In this document: positions 10,879-23,124 of the stretch, piece by piece
How positions within the stretch are numbered: position 1 is the stretch's first letter
Layout of the letters: every line of letters begins with the position of its first letter
Origin: Octopus sinensis
Lineage: Eukaryota
Assembly: GCF_006345805.1 (NCBI RefSeq)
Contig: NC_042999.1
Location: 164,300,001-164,364,000, forward strand
DNA: 64,000 nt
Reading direction: 5' to 3'
The notes under the pieces: generated by a model
What the model saw: only the letters and a program-made list of their open reading frames with translations
What the model was told of the DNA's origin: nothing
Database searches by the model: none
Translations under genes and position numbers: made by a program

Positions 10879-11546
10879 GAGTATTGTACGTGTTTTCTCT
10901 TTTTTTCATAACTGTATACCTGCTTTTGCACTCACCCCCTATTTATGTATGTTCATTTATGCAGTACATACTTTCAGAAGTTAAATTTGAGCACCAAATG
11001 CACCGATCTTTGCAAATTAAAGAAATATACTCAGTTGCATTGACACCTGCTATATTATTGTAACTAGCTTACTTCTCCCCACAGACTCTAATAACTGATT
11101 CTTACACGTGGGAGTAAAGAGATAGTGTAGGAGTTAACTCCGAGGGCAAAATTTCAATTTTATTATTAGCATTCCATTGTGTCTAGTTAGAACACTTTAT
11201 TCTATATTCCTTTAGTTCGTGTACCTCTGGGTTATATGTGCCAGATCAATCCAGAGGAATGATACTTATGAGATATCCTGTGCTCCTATTCTGATGAAAC
11301 TTTCTCGAGATCTGGACCGTCGTTGGTAGTGGTTATTGTTTTTTTCTTATTGTTTTAAAAGCGTGGAATTTTATTGATGAGGTAATAGGGGTATTCTGGT
11401 CTGGCCCTTGGGATGCTGGTGTCACAGTTGTAGCGTGCACTTGAGTGAAATTCCTCTCCTCTCTATTATATATACATACATACGAACAGAGTAGATAACA
11501 GCTAGCCTTTGGCTGCATTTTGGACCCTGCTGTGTCCACTACTCTG

Positions 11547-11713
11547 ATTGGTTGGTATTGGCGCAATTTGTCCCTTGCTCTATCGCGCGCTAATATGCAA
11601 TCCAACCAATCGCAGCCTTCAAATAAGGTCACGTGTGACAGCCTGTTTTCTACCTCAGCTAAGCCTACAACTCCTTATAAAAAACATAACTTTTCCTCGT
11701 CTCGATGTCATTC
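11547..11713 (+). promoter_or_regulatory. Compact Pol II promoter: ATTGG 11547 and 11557, CCAAT 11606, E-box GGTCACGTG 11627, TATAAAAA 11676, Inr-like TCATTC 11708
   Basis: All motifs read directly, in canonical order; TATA lies 34 nt upstream of the Inr A (11710); CpG retained around them. Confidence 0.55.
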
Positions 11714-11938
11714 GGTTCCAGACCTTTTAAAGTCTGGCCACTGACCACACAAGACACCGCCAGTTCCAACGACAACACATCAGCGTGGAGACTCATCAAC
11801 TTCGTCCAACAGTCTTCAGCGACCTCCAGCTCCTCCGCAACCATTCGTCCTAACGTCAACATCTCTACGTACACAACCCAACAAGCTTACAGGTTACAAC
11901 ACTGCACTGTTCGCGAACTACTTCACCATGGATCAACA

Positions 11939-12211
11939 ATGAATATACAATCTGCGAGAACTTCTGTACAAATTGACACAGGCAGCAGCACCACAACCAC
12001 AACTTCACGTACGACATGTACCGCAGCCGGCTCTGCATCATCGTCGCAACTGGTGTTTATCATTCTTGTGTCTATGAACTTACTCCTCACTTCGATGGCT
12101 ACAGACTCTTTCACTGTCTCTTCTTCATCGCCAACGCACATACATCTATGCCTACATACACAACATACATATTACTCTTATGGCGGTCTGTCTATTATTC
12201 TGTACATATGA
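11939..12211 (+). CDS. Orphan 90-aa Ser/Thr-rich ORF with one hydrophobic segment (candidate first exon or small protein)
   Basis: Lies downstream of the promoter and is part of the 168-codon open frame from 11705; LVFIILVSMNLLLTSMA is signal/TM-like. No family recognised and no strong splice donor. Confidence 0.25.
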   Translation: MNIQSARTSVQIDTGSSTTTTTSRTTCTAAGSASSSQLVFIILVSMNLLLTSMATDSFTVSSSSPTHIHLCLHTQHTYYSYGGLSIILYI

Positions 12212-13859
12212 CACACACACATTCACATATCAATAAATCTTCTCTTAAACATTCTACCCGATTGTGTCTCTTATTTCCCTCTGGTACATATATGCATTAT
12301 TCTATTTATATTTATTGTATCAACCGTGTAATGTACTAAGGAGCCATTCTCATCACCTCACTTCGCACGGACGTCACAAATCGGCGACCCGTGCCAGCTC
12401 CTTGAAACTACAAAACAATTATAATGAGAGGAGATACTCCACAGGTATCTAAACCTTCAGTTCCATTATACAGTCAAGTTGAATTCTGGAACCTGTACAA
12501 GTGTTGTTTTTTTAAATTTCACAAGGGCAAAAACCAGTGAGTGTGTAGGACCTCCCCCAGTCAAAGTTGATCATGCCTCTATAATCGTACACATAGGCAT
12601 GGTTTTTTGAGCAAGACTAACTGTTGCTCATGCATGCAAGTTTTCCCTCCATGATACCAAGTGAAAGGCCGTCATCTTGGGGCAAATACTGTTGAGTGTC
12701 AGAGTCGTTTCTATCAACACAATGAGCAAGTGGTGTCTCACCCAACTTTCTGACAGTTCTGCTAATCCACCGCTCTGGTTCGAAACATTTTTTACCAACC
12801 CCAAAAGCGTAAAAGGCAAAGTTGACTTCGATAGGATCTGAACGCAGAGCACAGTTGGAAAAAGTACCACAATATTTGTTTATTTTCAATTCTCTCTTTT
12901 ATTTCGCAGATCCGAAGCGCAAAACATGTGCCAAGATAATACATGATACTTCGAATGACTGCTTGAGTTGCTGCTACTTTCATTCGGCCCTGGTCACTAG
13001 CTTTCCTAAATGTGTTAGCAATGTATGATTTAACAGCTTCGAGCAGTGATTTTATAAGACATGACACTACGTTAAATAGGTACTTCCACCTTAAACACAT
13101 CAACACAACCAGTCTTCACCATGAAAATTCTACGTGGTGATGTTCTGCTCATTATTTTGTTACTCATTTCAAAGATAATAAAACAAAAGTAGGGCACTGA
13201 GGTAGGTGATGGTATGGCATATAGATGTCTTTTATTCCCTATTTTTCTCTGATGTTAATAATAGTGGTGGTAGGTAATTTCCTATGTGACGTTCGTAAAA
13301 TCAGTGATCCAAAAGGTTTATTTCAATAAAATATTTCATAATCATAACTGGTACATGATGCGAACAGCGAGTAAAAAAGTGATGTAAAATGTTAGACTTT
13401 GAATTAAGTTTTGCTCTGGGCACAAGTGAGAATTCTTCAACAATCCACGCTGAGCACACACCAGGCAATACAAGTCGCTGAATCTGACAAAGATCGAGCC
13501 AGTGTCGTAATTATGTCTTTCATTGATTATCGGTTGATCTGTAGTTCTTTGGGATTCACAATAAAACGGGGATCAGCAGGGCGTCCACGAGACATGCTAA
13601 TCGAGCTAAACTGAAATTGTAACTAAATCAGTTTCGATTTTACGACTGTCAAATAGGAAATTACCGTGGTGCTGTTGTCATGATGTTTCGTTAGTGGTGG
13701 TCATATGATGGTGAGTCGTGTTTCTCGGCATCATGATAACTGGGTGGTGGTGGGCATTGTTGTAAATTTAAAAAGGGTGGTGAGGTAATTAATTTTTTTT
13801 TTGTGGTGGGATTAGTGTTATGAAAAGAAACGTGGACAAATGGTTAGGGAGTTGGGTTG

Positions 13860-14045
13860 AGGGTCGTAAAGTCCGTAAGCACTTTATTCGAGTTGCTCCA
13901 GTTTACTCAGCCGAAAATGAATACCAGTAGTAGCTTGTACTGTCCCGTTCGAGGATGTAGGGAGTCCCATACTCCAAGTCGCTTAGCTTCGGAAACCAGG
14001 ATCAGCTCCGGTCTATAGAGACACAAAAGTTGTATTAGTGATATT
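13860..14045 (-). mobile_element. SINE-D-related fragment
   Basis: ttgctccagtttactcagccgaaaatga resembles the core of the copy at 30720-31017 (ttgctccagttcactcagctgttgaaatga); strand uncertain. Confidence 0.4.
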
Positions 14046-14061
14046 GTGTAACGTTCGATAA

Positions 14062-14255
14062 GGTGGCGGCGGGCTGGCAGAATCGCTAGCGCGCCGAACA
14101 AAATGCTTAGCGGCATTTCGTCTGTCGCTATGTTCTGAGTAGTTCGACTTTGCCTTTCATCCGGGTCGATAAAATAAGTACCAGTTGAATACTGAGGTCG
14201 ATGAGATCGACTGACACCCGTCCCCCAAATTCTTGGCCTTATGCCAACAATTTAA
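14062..14255 (+). mobile_element. SINE-B, tail type 3 (ends ...tttgaaacca)
   Basis: Head ggcggcgggctggcagaatcgctagc and core ttcgactttgcctttcatcc. Confidence 0.8.
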
Positions 14256-14318
14256 CATTTGAAACCATTGTGTAATATACGGAGGAGGAGTTTTTCCTTT
14301 GCAATAATGTTGGTGATG

Positions 14319-14534
14319 AAAGGCGGCGAGTTGGCAGAAACGTTAGCACGCCGACCGAAGTGCATAGCGGTATTTCGTCTGCCGTTACGTTCTGAGTTCA
14401 AATTCCGCCGAGGTCGACTTTGCCTTTCATCCTTTCGGGGTCGATAAATTAAGTACCAGTTGCGTACTGAGGTCGATCTAATCGACTGGCCCCCTCCCCC
14501 AAAATTTCGGGGCTTTGTGCCTAGAGTAGAAAAG
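14319..14534 (+). mobile_element. SINE-B, full length, tail type 2, with 16-bp TSD
   Basis: Flanked by aataatgttggtgatg (14303-14318) and aataatgttggtaatg (14535-14550). Confidence 0.9.
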
Positions 14535-15049
14535 AATAATGTTGGTAATGAAGGCGGCGGAGATAATGGTGAGGCTTCTCTTTATTCGCCATCCCATTCC
14601 TATTTACAAAGTGCTGAGACGTTCTTACTGTAATGGTGACTGCAATGATGGGGACGATGTTAGCCTTATCTCTTCCTATATTAGTCACGATTGTAGTATA
14701 GATATTTGATATACTAACATGATGTTGGTGTAGCTGTCGCTTCCTTCGGCCACACTTGCTGCTGGTCGATAGTCTCTTCATAATGGCAACGACTGCGTGT
14801 TTTTTCTGTTTTTTTTTTTTTTTTCCATGTAACTAAAAGTTGTTGATCGAACAGACACAGGATCATCGGCCTGCCAGCTGTGACAACAATATCTTTTTCG
14901 GACATAACGTGTCTAGAACTGCTTTATCGAATATGTCCGTTTTTAAAGCAACGGTGTTGATATGAGGGAAATTAAGTTGCAATTTCTAGCACTTACACTG
15001 CGTACTGGTCTCACCTCCGTAGTAAAGCATTGATAGTAGTCGTGTCAAC

Positions 15050-15600
15050 AGCGAACGGTCTCTCTCTCTCCTCTCTATTTCATTTCTCTTCACTCACTAT
15101 ATTTCTCCAAGTGAACTGTCACTCGTTCTTTATCTTCTTTTTATTCTCCCCTCCTCTCTTGCACCATATACTCTTTCCTCTTTTTCTTTTGTTTTGTTTG
15201 CATCTCTTTATTTTTCTGTTCTGAACATTTTTTGTGGCGATGGCGGGAGAAAACAATTTGCTCTCTTTCTTATTGTAAATTGTTTTCTTTTCTCCTTCTC
15301 TCTCTCTCCTTTATTTCAGGCACTCACCCTCTCACTCTGCCCTGATCTCTGGCAATCAGGACGACTTCTCTTACCTTCCTTTCGCACGCAACTGCCAGCT
15401 TGCTAAACTCTCGTCTTTCTACTTACACAACTTTATATAGTCACTACTCTCACTATCTCTTTATTTCTCACTATTTGTATTCCTCTCTCCTTTTGTCGCT
15501 CTCTCTCTCTCTAGTCTTTTTCTCCCCAGCCAGCTTCTCCTTCATTTGCTCTTACTCATCCCCTGTCTTTTTCTTTCCTTCTTGATTTTTATTCTCCCCC
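15050..15600. repeat. About 550-bp polypyrimidine (CT-rich) low-complexity tract
   Basis: Direct reading of the sequence. Confidence 0.85.
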
Positions 15601-15799
15601 TTTTACAGTTTGTTTATTGGATGGGTTTAGATCAACAAGCGCAATGACCTGTTAGACGCACACATTTCTTTTCTCTATACACACATACATAGATTTACAC
15701 AGTAAACAAAAACACACATCTTTCCGCTGTATATATATTTACACTCTTATACATACACATCGCCTCCCGCTACACACACAAGCACATTACCATCTATTT

Positions 15800-16677
15800 A
15801 CATATATTTAAACACCGACACATTCTTACTGCCTACTTCATACCCACCTCAGCACCAGACGTACAGATTGTGAATTCTGTACAATGTTTTGTGGATAGTC
15901 TTGCCTGTCTCACCTCCTTTCCTCTCTACGTGTTTTAAAGCAACAGTAAACACACTAACATTGAATTTTACCCCTGAACAAACTGCTCCACAAATGCAAA
16001 ACTAAAGTACAGTCAACTCTTTCGTCACTCCTAACAACATCAACTTAAAAGGAAAGAAAAAAATATCAAGCATTGGAAAAGTTCCCAGGGTCTTTTCTCT
16101 TTATTGAAAGTTTCGCACGACGCACACACTCCCTCCCGCCGTTCAGCGACTGGGGTTCATTCTTCACTCACGTCACCGACATCGCTATTATCTCACCTAC
16201 CACACACACACACATGGTGACTTAACATCAATAACGGATTTATCAAAATGTTTAGAATTAGACTTGTCCCTACACCTTGCGGTTTGTGCAACAGAAAGTT
16301 CAGGTATTGCTGACTGATTATATTCACAAATATATGTTGGATGTGTTTGCATGTGTATGTATGTTATTTGTGTTAGTTTGTGAACAAGTATATCGTTTTG
16401 AAAGGAGACTGTTGCTGGAAGTTCCTTTTTAGTAGATGGCCCATTACTTCATTTACATCGGAATGTTCACAGTACCGGCTTAATTAAAACGAAAAAATTA
16501 ACCAATTATAGTCTGCCCGATCATAAATAAGTTTTCCGCTACACTCAATTTTCATATACACGCACTCGCGCGCCCACACATACATTTTATTACTGTAACA
16601 TTTTGTTTGTGTCTTCCCTTTCGAAGGGGGTAAAAAAATATAAGTGTGTACAATTAAGGAAATAACTCTTGAAAGCC
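15800..16677 (+). promoter_or_regulatory. Promoter/5' UTR region of the kinase gene; possible 5' UTR intron 16304-16626
   Basis: CpG retained; CRE-like tcacgtca near 16169; donor CAG|GTATTG at 16303/16304; pyrimidine tract plus AAG|G acceptor at 16626/16627. Confidence 0.4.
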
Positions 16678-16804
16678 ATGGCATCTGCCAGAGTGGCTCG
16701 CCTTCGAAAACATGGATCTACCATGAAAGATGCACCTTTACCTGACAAAGACGACGAGAAAAACGGAAACAAATTGGAAAAATACGATTTTTTAACCACT
16801 ATTG
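16678..16804 (+). CDS. First coding exon of a protein kinase (ends in subdomain I; PRKX/PKA-C3-like is the best guess)
   Basis: Kozak gccATGG, in-frame upstream TAA (16663), 42 codons ending KLEKYDFLTTI-G, then a consensus donor G|GTAAGT (phase 1). Resembles PRKX LQDFDTLATVG|TGTFG, but the motif is shared by several kinase families, so no symbol is given. Confidence 0.65.
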
Positions 16805-18725
16805 GTAAGTTCTGTCTTGTTTAATATGTATATGTAGTTGTAGGTTGGTGATTAATGAGCGGTTAATTCCGTTTTTCTCACTTCCATGAAATGCGCGCTA
16901 ACCTCTCACGCCGGGCATGTATGTATACAAACGCACACCTCTGTCCGGTGTTTTTAATGCAACATTAAAAAGGAGACAGCTAAAGTAAAACTTTAAGGTT
17001 CATAGCTGAAATCTAAAGGGGCTTTGAAAAGTGATACAGAAAACTTGTGTTACATTTGGTGGGTTTGTATAAAATGTGTGTTAAGCGAGGCCTTAGGATT
17101 TTGACAAACAGTTGACTGGAAGCTTTTTTGTACTGTTGTTGCCTATCATCACGACCCAATATCGCGTCACATTTTGTCCAGTGCTGGAGATTCACTACAG
17201 CTGATCGACTCAGCAAATCTTATCTTATATTTTTTCTAGGGATAGAAGATAAACTCGGTCGTTGCACGAATTAAACTAACAAAGAGATCTTCTCGTTACC
17301 TCATGCCAAAGCTGTTTATGCCGGTCCTTCTCGTTATCATTTCCAACAGTAAATACTAAAGAAGTAACATCAACAACGAAGATCATCTGCGTGGTCATTA
17401 AATCTATGAAAAACAAGCTGAGTTTCCTTCAGATGACTGTTTTAAATGAGGAAAGGACACATTTGGACAACGAGGGCCTTCATACAACTCCCTATAAAGA
17501 CGAAAATGGTCACTCCTGTTGTTGCCCAAGGCTTATCTGGGCAACAACAGCAAAAACACCAACTGTTTGGTCGATCGACCTGCTAGTTATAGTAGTGAAA
17601 ATCTCTCAAAGCGTACCCTTTAATCATAAATCAGGATAAATTCGCCTGTATATTCGAGATATGGTCACGGTTTGAACGCCTTAGTTCATAGATCCCCTCT
17701 GTCAGGGTTGACTTGGGACTACGAAGCAACATCGCCATCACTACCCCCACCCCAGTACATAACTTGTTTCACCCCGTCTAATACTGCTACCATCACAGAT
17801 ATAGTTCTCCTACGACCCCACTCGCTTCACCACTATCATCATATTTATCATCACCATCATTACTAACACCGCAGCTACTACTACTACTATTACTACAACC
17901 GCTATTTCTATTATTACTACATTAACTACTCTTATCACTAACATTTACCAGTACCACACTCGCCTCAAATATCACAATTGCTACCACAAATCACTTCTAC
18001 TGTTAAACAAGTCACTATCACTGCCACCAGTCACCACTACCCCAACATTAACAACAACAACAACTACTACTACTAACTACTACTACTACTACTACTAGTA
18101 AGTAGTAGTAGTAGTCACTTCTACCTGCCAAAATCATTTTCCTTTACCTAATCCCCCCAACACCATCTGGCCATGCCCACCACCACCACCCCAATAGCAG
18201 CTGCTGTCCCTTTCTACTTCTACATCTGCTAATAAAGCTTCTTATGTCACCTACTTTAGCCAGGGGCAGAAGAATCCTTCCAGCTGACTTTCATAGTCAG
18301 GCAGCAGTCTAATTGGATGGACATAGCATAAGATAACCAGCTGGGCAGGAATATTATTCTCTATCCTATTCACTTCACCTATCTGTTGGTAGCAGTAGTT
18401 ACTTGAGACTGTTTTGTTTTTAGTGAACAGTGCAATACTCATGGTCCTTTATGTTTTTCAAGGCCTCCTCAAACCGGAGACCTGGCCCAAATACTCACTA
18501 CAAAATGAACTCTGTTCTAGGCACCTAATAAAAATAGCTGTTTTAAACTGCCTGGCATCATATTCAGAGTATTTTATGTTTTTTTTGTACTCATGGTTAT
18601 AAAACTAGAGCTAAGAAAATGGATCTTCATCAGTTTCAAAGATGTAGATTCAGTTATCCAATCAACTGAATCAGTTGTTCATTGAATGTAAGTGATTGAG
18701 TATTCCACACACATTGCAATCTTAA

Positions 18726-18936
18726 CTCTTAAGCCTTCAAATTACTTTGTCAAATGTAATGCTTATCTATTCACATTGTTTTGAATTAATCATGCATTAT
18801 CTCATAGCTTTGAAGTTTCAGTGATGTGATTGTTTACTTTTAGAATGCCATTTTGGATAGATGTGAGAGACCAGACCTGTTTGGTAGAACAGGTTGAATA
18901 TTCTGGCTGGATATGACCAGTTTAGATGTTGAAGGG
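18726..18936. mobile_element. piggyBac-type MITE (family of 61220), decayed, opposite orientation
   Basis: TTAA at both ends (18722-18725, 18937-18940); right end ...gaaggg|ttaa; internal sequence is the reverse complement of 61220-61431. Confidence 0.7.
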
Positions 18937-19239
18937 TTAATATAATTTCCAGGCAGAATCAGTGTGACAACAGTCTGTCCAATGAGCTTCTCTTATATTA
19001 ATTGAGTTGCCTTGAGATAATGGTGAAAGACACTTGCCTAAGGACCTTGTTCTTGTGAAACCATTTGGCCATTCACTTTTAAGAGCATAATATTGTAAGA
19101 CAACAGGCTTACTATAACCATGTTGTTTGAGATACAGCAGAACATTATTTTTAAAAGCCTCTCTCCAGAGATTAGGGAGATGCATATTTATATCTGATTA
19201 GAGTCAAATGGCTGAAAGCACTAAAAGTAAATGAACAGA

Positions 19240-19540
19240 GGCGCAGGAGTGGCTGTGTGGTAAGTAGCTTGCTTACCAACCACATGGTTCCGGGTTCAGT
19301 CCCACTGCGTGGCATCTTGGGCAAGTGTCTTCTGCTATAGCCCCGGGCCGACCAATGCCTTGTGAGTGGATTTGGTAGACGGAAACTGAAAGAAGCCTGT
19401 CGTATATATGTATATATGTATGTGTGTGTGTTTGTCCCCCTAGCATTGCTTGACAACCGATGCTGGTGTGTTTACGTCCCCGTTACTTAGCGGTTCGGCA
19501 AAAGGAGACCGATAGAATAAGTACTGGGCTTGCAAAAGAA
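19240..19540 (+). mobile_element. SINE-A, young (CpG retained), 3' end incomplete
   Basis: ggcgcaggagtggctgtgtggtaag...ccgggttcagtcccactgcg. Confidence 0.9.
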
Positions 19541-20021
19541 AGTGAGAGTTGAGTACCTCAAACTGATGAGATTCATGCAACTGATGTACAGTTTGAACAT
19601 CTGAGGGAAAACTATGAGTGGAGTGGGAATTTCAGAGAGTTATGCTGAGTGAATTTGGAAGGTGAAACATGCTGAAAGAATAGACAGAACTGTTGTAGGG
19701 TCTGGGTAGTTTAATAGAGCAGAAGCCATAGTAGAAGTAGAAGAGGCTTAGAGAGAAATGTGTGATGTGTGGTTGTAGGGTGTTGATGAAAGAAAAACCT
19801 TTGCTAATCAGTCGATTGTTTTCCTTTTGGGAAATAGCAGCAATTTATCACTGACATGAATATTCTGTTGCTGTTCTGAATAGTTGACCTAATTCTAGGG
19901 AATAAACAGACACCAGGTATTGTAGCAAAGTTACCAGACTTGGGAAGTTTGACTTGTAATACTCTAAGGTGATTTACAGCTAAGTTCTGGACCACATTGT
20001 TTTATTCCTAGAATCTTCAAC

Positions 20022-20200
20022 ATCAGCATCATCGTTTAATGTCCGCTGGCATGGGTTGGACGGTTTGACATGGAGCTGACTAGCAAGAAGCTGTCCAGAC
20101 TCCATCTGTCTGTTGTGGCATGGTTTCTATGGCTGGATGCCCTTCCTAATGCCAACCACTTAACAGAGTGTATGCTGGGTGCTTTTTATGTGCCACCTAG
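20022..20200 (-). mobile_element. RTE LINE 3' UTR/tail fragment
   Basis: (cat)n plus gtttaatgtccgc..gcatgggttggacgg..ggatgcccttcctaatgccaaccac matches the 59.7-kb RTE tail. Confidence 0.8.
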
Positions 20201-20525
20201 AATGGTTGAGATAACATAAAGCAGGAATTTGCAGCCTATTGCTGTGTCTTTCGTTGTGCAATCCAACACTACATGTCCACTACTTCAAGTCGATGTGAGT
20301 TGTGTATGTTCCCCTCAGCCCACCTTGTCAAATCTCTCTCCATGCATACCTGTTGAAAAGGTGGTAGCTCTATTACTGAGAAGTTTGAGTGCAAATGTTA
20401 AGGTTGAAGTGTTGATGGTAGGTGTTGTGGTGCTGGTGGTGGAAAGAAAATCTGCACAGCAAGTGTTCTAGAGAAGGAGTCTTTGGAAAGTGTAACTGTG
20501 ATGGTGGTGGTACTTGTGAACTTAA

Positions 20526-20732
20526 TGTTACCATACTTCAGTTGAAATACACTAAATTTGTTTGAATTACTTTCAAAAATAGTGAAGGATTAGGAAAAAT
20601 AACTTTGTCATAATTATGCTGTATTTGGAATATGAGATAAGATTTTGATATAGTTTTAATTCAGATCCCCTTAAAACAGGAAGCTTGTATTGTAGAACCA
20701 GGAGCAATCTCAGGTAGTTGGTATCAGAAGGG
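20526..20732. mobile_element. piggyBac-type MITE (related to 51633), left end decayed
   Basis: Right end ggtatcagaaggg|ttaa; internal similarity to 51633-51852. Confidence 0.5.
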
Positions 20733-22689
20733 TTAATTAATTAAAACATAATACAAAGAAAAATCATAGGCTTTAATAATTCTTGTCATGTGGAGCAAAG
20801 GGAAAAAAGTGTAAAATGAGGGTATATCAGTCCACTGCTAAACATAACCTTTTCCATGCCTGGAGGTTTTGGTCATACTGCTGACTTGTTAACTCTGCTG
20901 TGCCAACATAACACTGACAATCATATTTTCTGCATTTCAGGATGGCAATCTAACCCCTAATCTTATAATCAAGAGTCCAGTTACATACTCACTAGACCAC
21001 ATGAGTTTGCGAGAAGATATCTAAAATTTGAACAGAGAACCACTCACTAATTAAGTAATTTAAGATAATGATAGGGGAAATTTTCTCAGGTATACCGTTA
21101 TGAAGGAAAACATAAGTTAAGTGAGAGCTTAGTGGCTGTTTAGCTCTTTATGAATCTTGATCAGTCTTGTGATAGGAAAACCTTCCAGCTAAGACTTAGA
21201 GCAACCCAGGGTGATATTATCTAATGTCCTTAAGATGGCAGGCATGTTTTGAAGAAAATTTGGCTGCTATTTTTAGTAAGTTTGTTGACCATGTTGCAGG
21301 GATGGATTTAAATGATGGTGAAGGATTTAAACGGTAGTTAACAATTATAGAAGAGCAGAGCTCTCAATAGCTGGGATAGCAAAATCAGTGAGAGTATACT
21401 GGGATATAGTTTTTGTGGCTGTTAATTAGTGTTCTGTAGCAAATGGCTTCTCACTGTGTGTGTGGTGAGAAGCATCTTCCTGCTGGATAATTAGTTAATT
21501 ATTAAGAAATGTAATTAATTTTTCTGATTTGTTTCTGCTGTTTGACGTTGGTAGTCATGGCTATGTGATTTGTTATTGTTGAGTAACCCTTCTCCCTCCC
21601 ATCTACTCAATGTTAGTTATGGTATTCAATTGGCCATGTAATAGGCATTTTTATCTAAACATTCTGCTTTCATTATGGTTAGCATTATTGCATCAACAAA
21701 GACCAAGTCCCGGATACATACATGTAGGAAATATGTTTTTGTTAATTCCACTTTATGCCTTTTGTTTACTGCACTTAATGCCACAAGACATGAAAAAATC
21801 AAAAAACCACTTTCACCCTTCCTTCTCACAGTGGTTTCTATTAATTACAAAGTATGAAGACATTGCAAATGAGAAATATCAACAAAACTAACCAGGTTCA
21901 TGTGAGCCAGTGTGGGAGCCTCTACATAGTTGCCTTAAATTGCTATAAATAGCAGCCAAAGCTTCCTCTAGTCATATGCTACCAGTTTTAAAAAAGGAAG
22001 TTTATACTTGGTAGTGTTGTCCTAGTTATACTGTACTGGGGAAATATTGGAATGGTTATAGGTAAGACTAAACAACAGCACTCTGGTTCATATTGATTAT
22101 ACTACTGACCTACAGCTCAGCAATTCTTATAATATGAAGACTAGTGGGTATGTTAAAGGAGATTGAGCTGCTTGGTTCAATTACTTAGGAAATCTCTTAG
22201 TTCGATGTGGTTTGTTATAGAATTGCATTTTGAGTCAGTTTTGCTTTTGCAGACCTCTGTAGCACAAGAGGCAATTAATCATGCATTGAGCATTCTGGTT
22301 GTTTCCTGGAACAGACTATCAAATGCATTCTTATGTTGGTATGAAGTGTGTTGAGCAATTCTGTACATCTTGGGATTTGAGTAATGAAACTGAAAGCTGA
22401 GTGATATTTGTACTTTTATCTTAAACGAAACCCATGAGAACGTTGGAGTTCAAACAACATTTATCTTTTATCTTATATTTGCTTCTGTCATTAGATTACA
22501 GCCATACCGAAGTTGCACCTTGAAGGTTTTTAGTCTTATTAAAAATTGATCCCAGTAAGTCTGGTACATATTCTATTGGTCCCTTTTGTTGAACTGCTAA
22601 TTTACAGGTATGTAAACAAACCAGCACTGGTTGTCAGGTAGGGGACAAAACACACACACACAAACACATATCCCTCTGTCTGTCTGTCT

Positions 22690-22850
22690 GACATCATCAT
22701 CATCATATATCTGTTTTTCATGCTGGCATGAGTCGGACAGTTTGACAGGAGGAGCTGGTAAGTCCAGGGGCTGTATCAGGTTCAGTTGTCTGTTTTGGCC
22801 TGGTTTCTACAGCTGGATGCCCTTCCTAACACCAACCACTTTACAGAGGG
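22690..22850 (-). mobile_element. RTE LINE 3' tail fragment, decayed
   Basis: (cat)n...tttctacagctggatgcccttcctaacaccaaccac. Confidence 0.75.
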
Positions 22851-22892
22851 ACAAAGATGGGTGTCTAACTGTAGAGTTAATACGTGGATACC

Positions 22893-23124
22893 TATTTCTT
22901 TATTACCCACAAGGGGCTAAACACAGAGGGGACAAACAAGGACAGACATAGGTATTAAGTCGATTACATCGACCCCAGTGCATAACTGGTACTTAATTTA
23001 TCGACCCCGAAAGGATGAAAGGCAAAGTCGACCTCGGTGGAATTTGAACTCACAACGTAACGCAGACGAAATACTGCTAAGCATTTCGCCCGGCGTGCTA
23101 ACGTTTCTGCCAGCTCGCCGCCTT
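22893..23124 (-). mobile_element. SINE-B, full length, tail type 1, with about 15-bp TSD
   Basis: Flanked by taatacgtggatacc (22878-22892) and taatacattggatacc (23125-23140). Confidence 0.9.

Noticed and set aside
15849-16150. Possible divergent minus-strand non-coding first exon (donors GAG|GTGAGA, GAG|GTGGGT)
   Set aside because: Donor-like hexamers only, with no ORF or downstream exon support.
21610-21891. 93-aa ORF and overlapping ORFs
   Set aside because: No homology, no splice signals, composition typical of intron.
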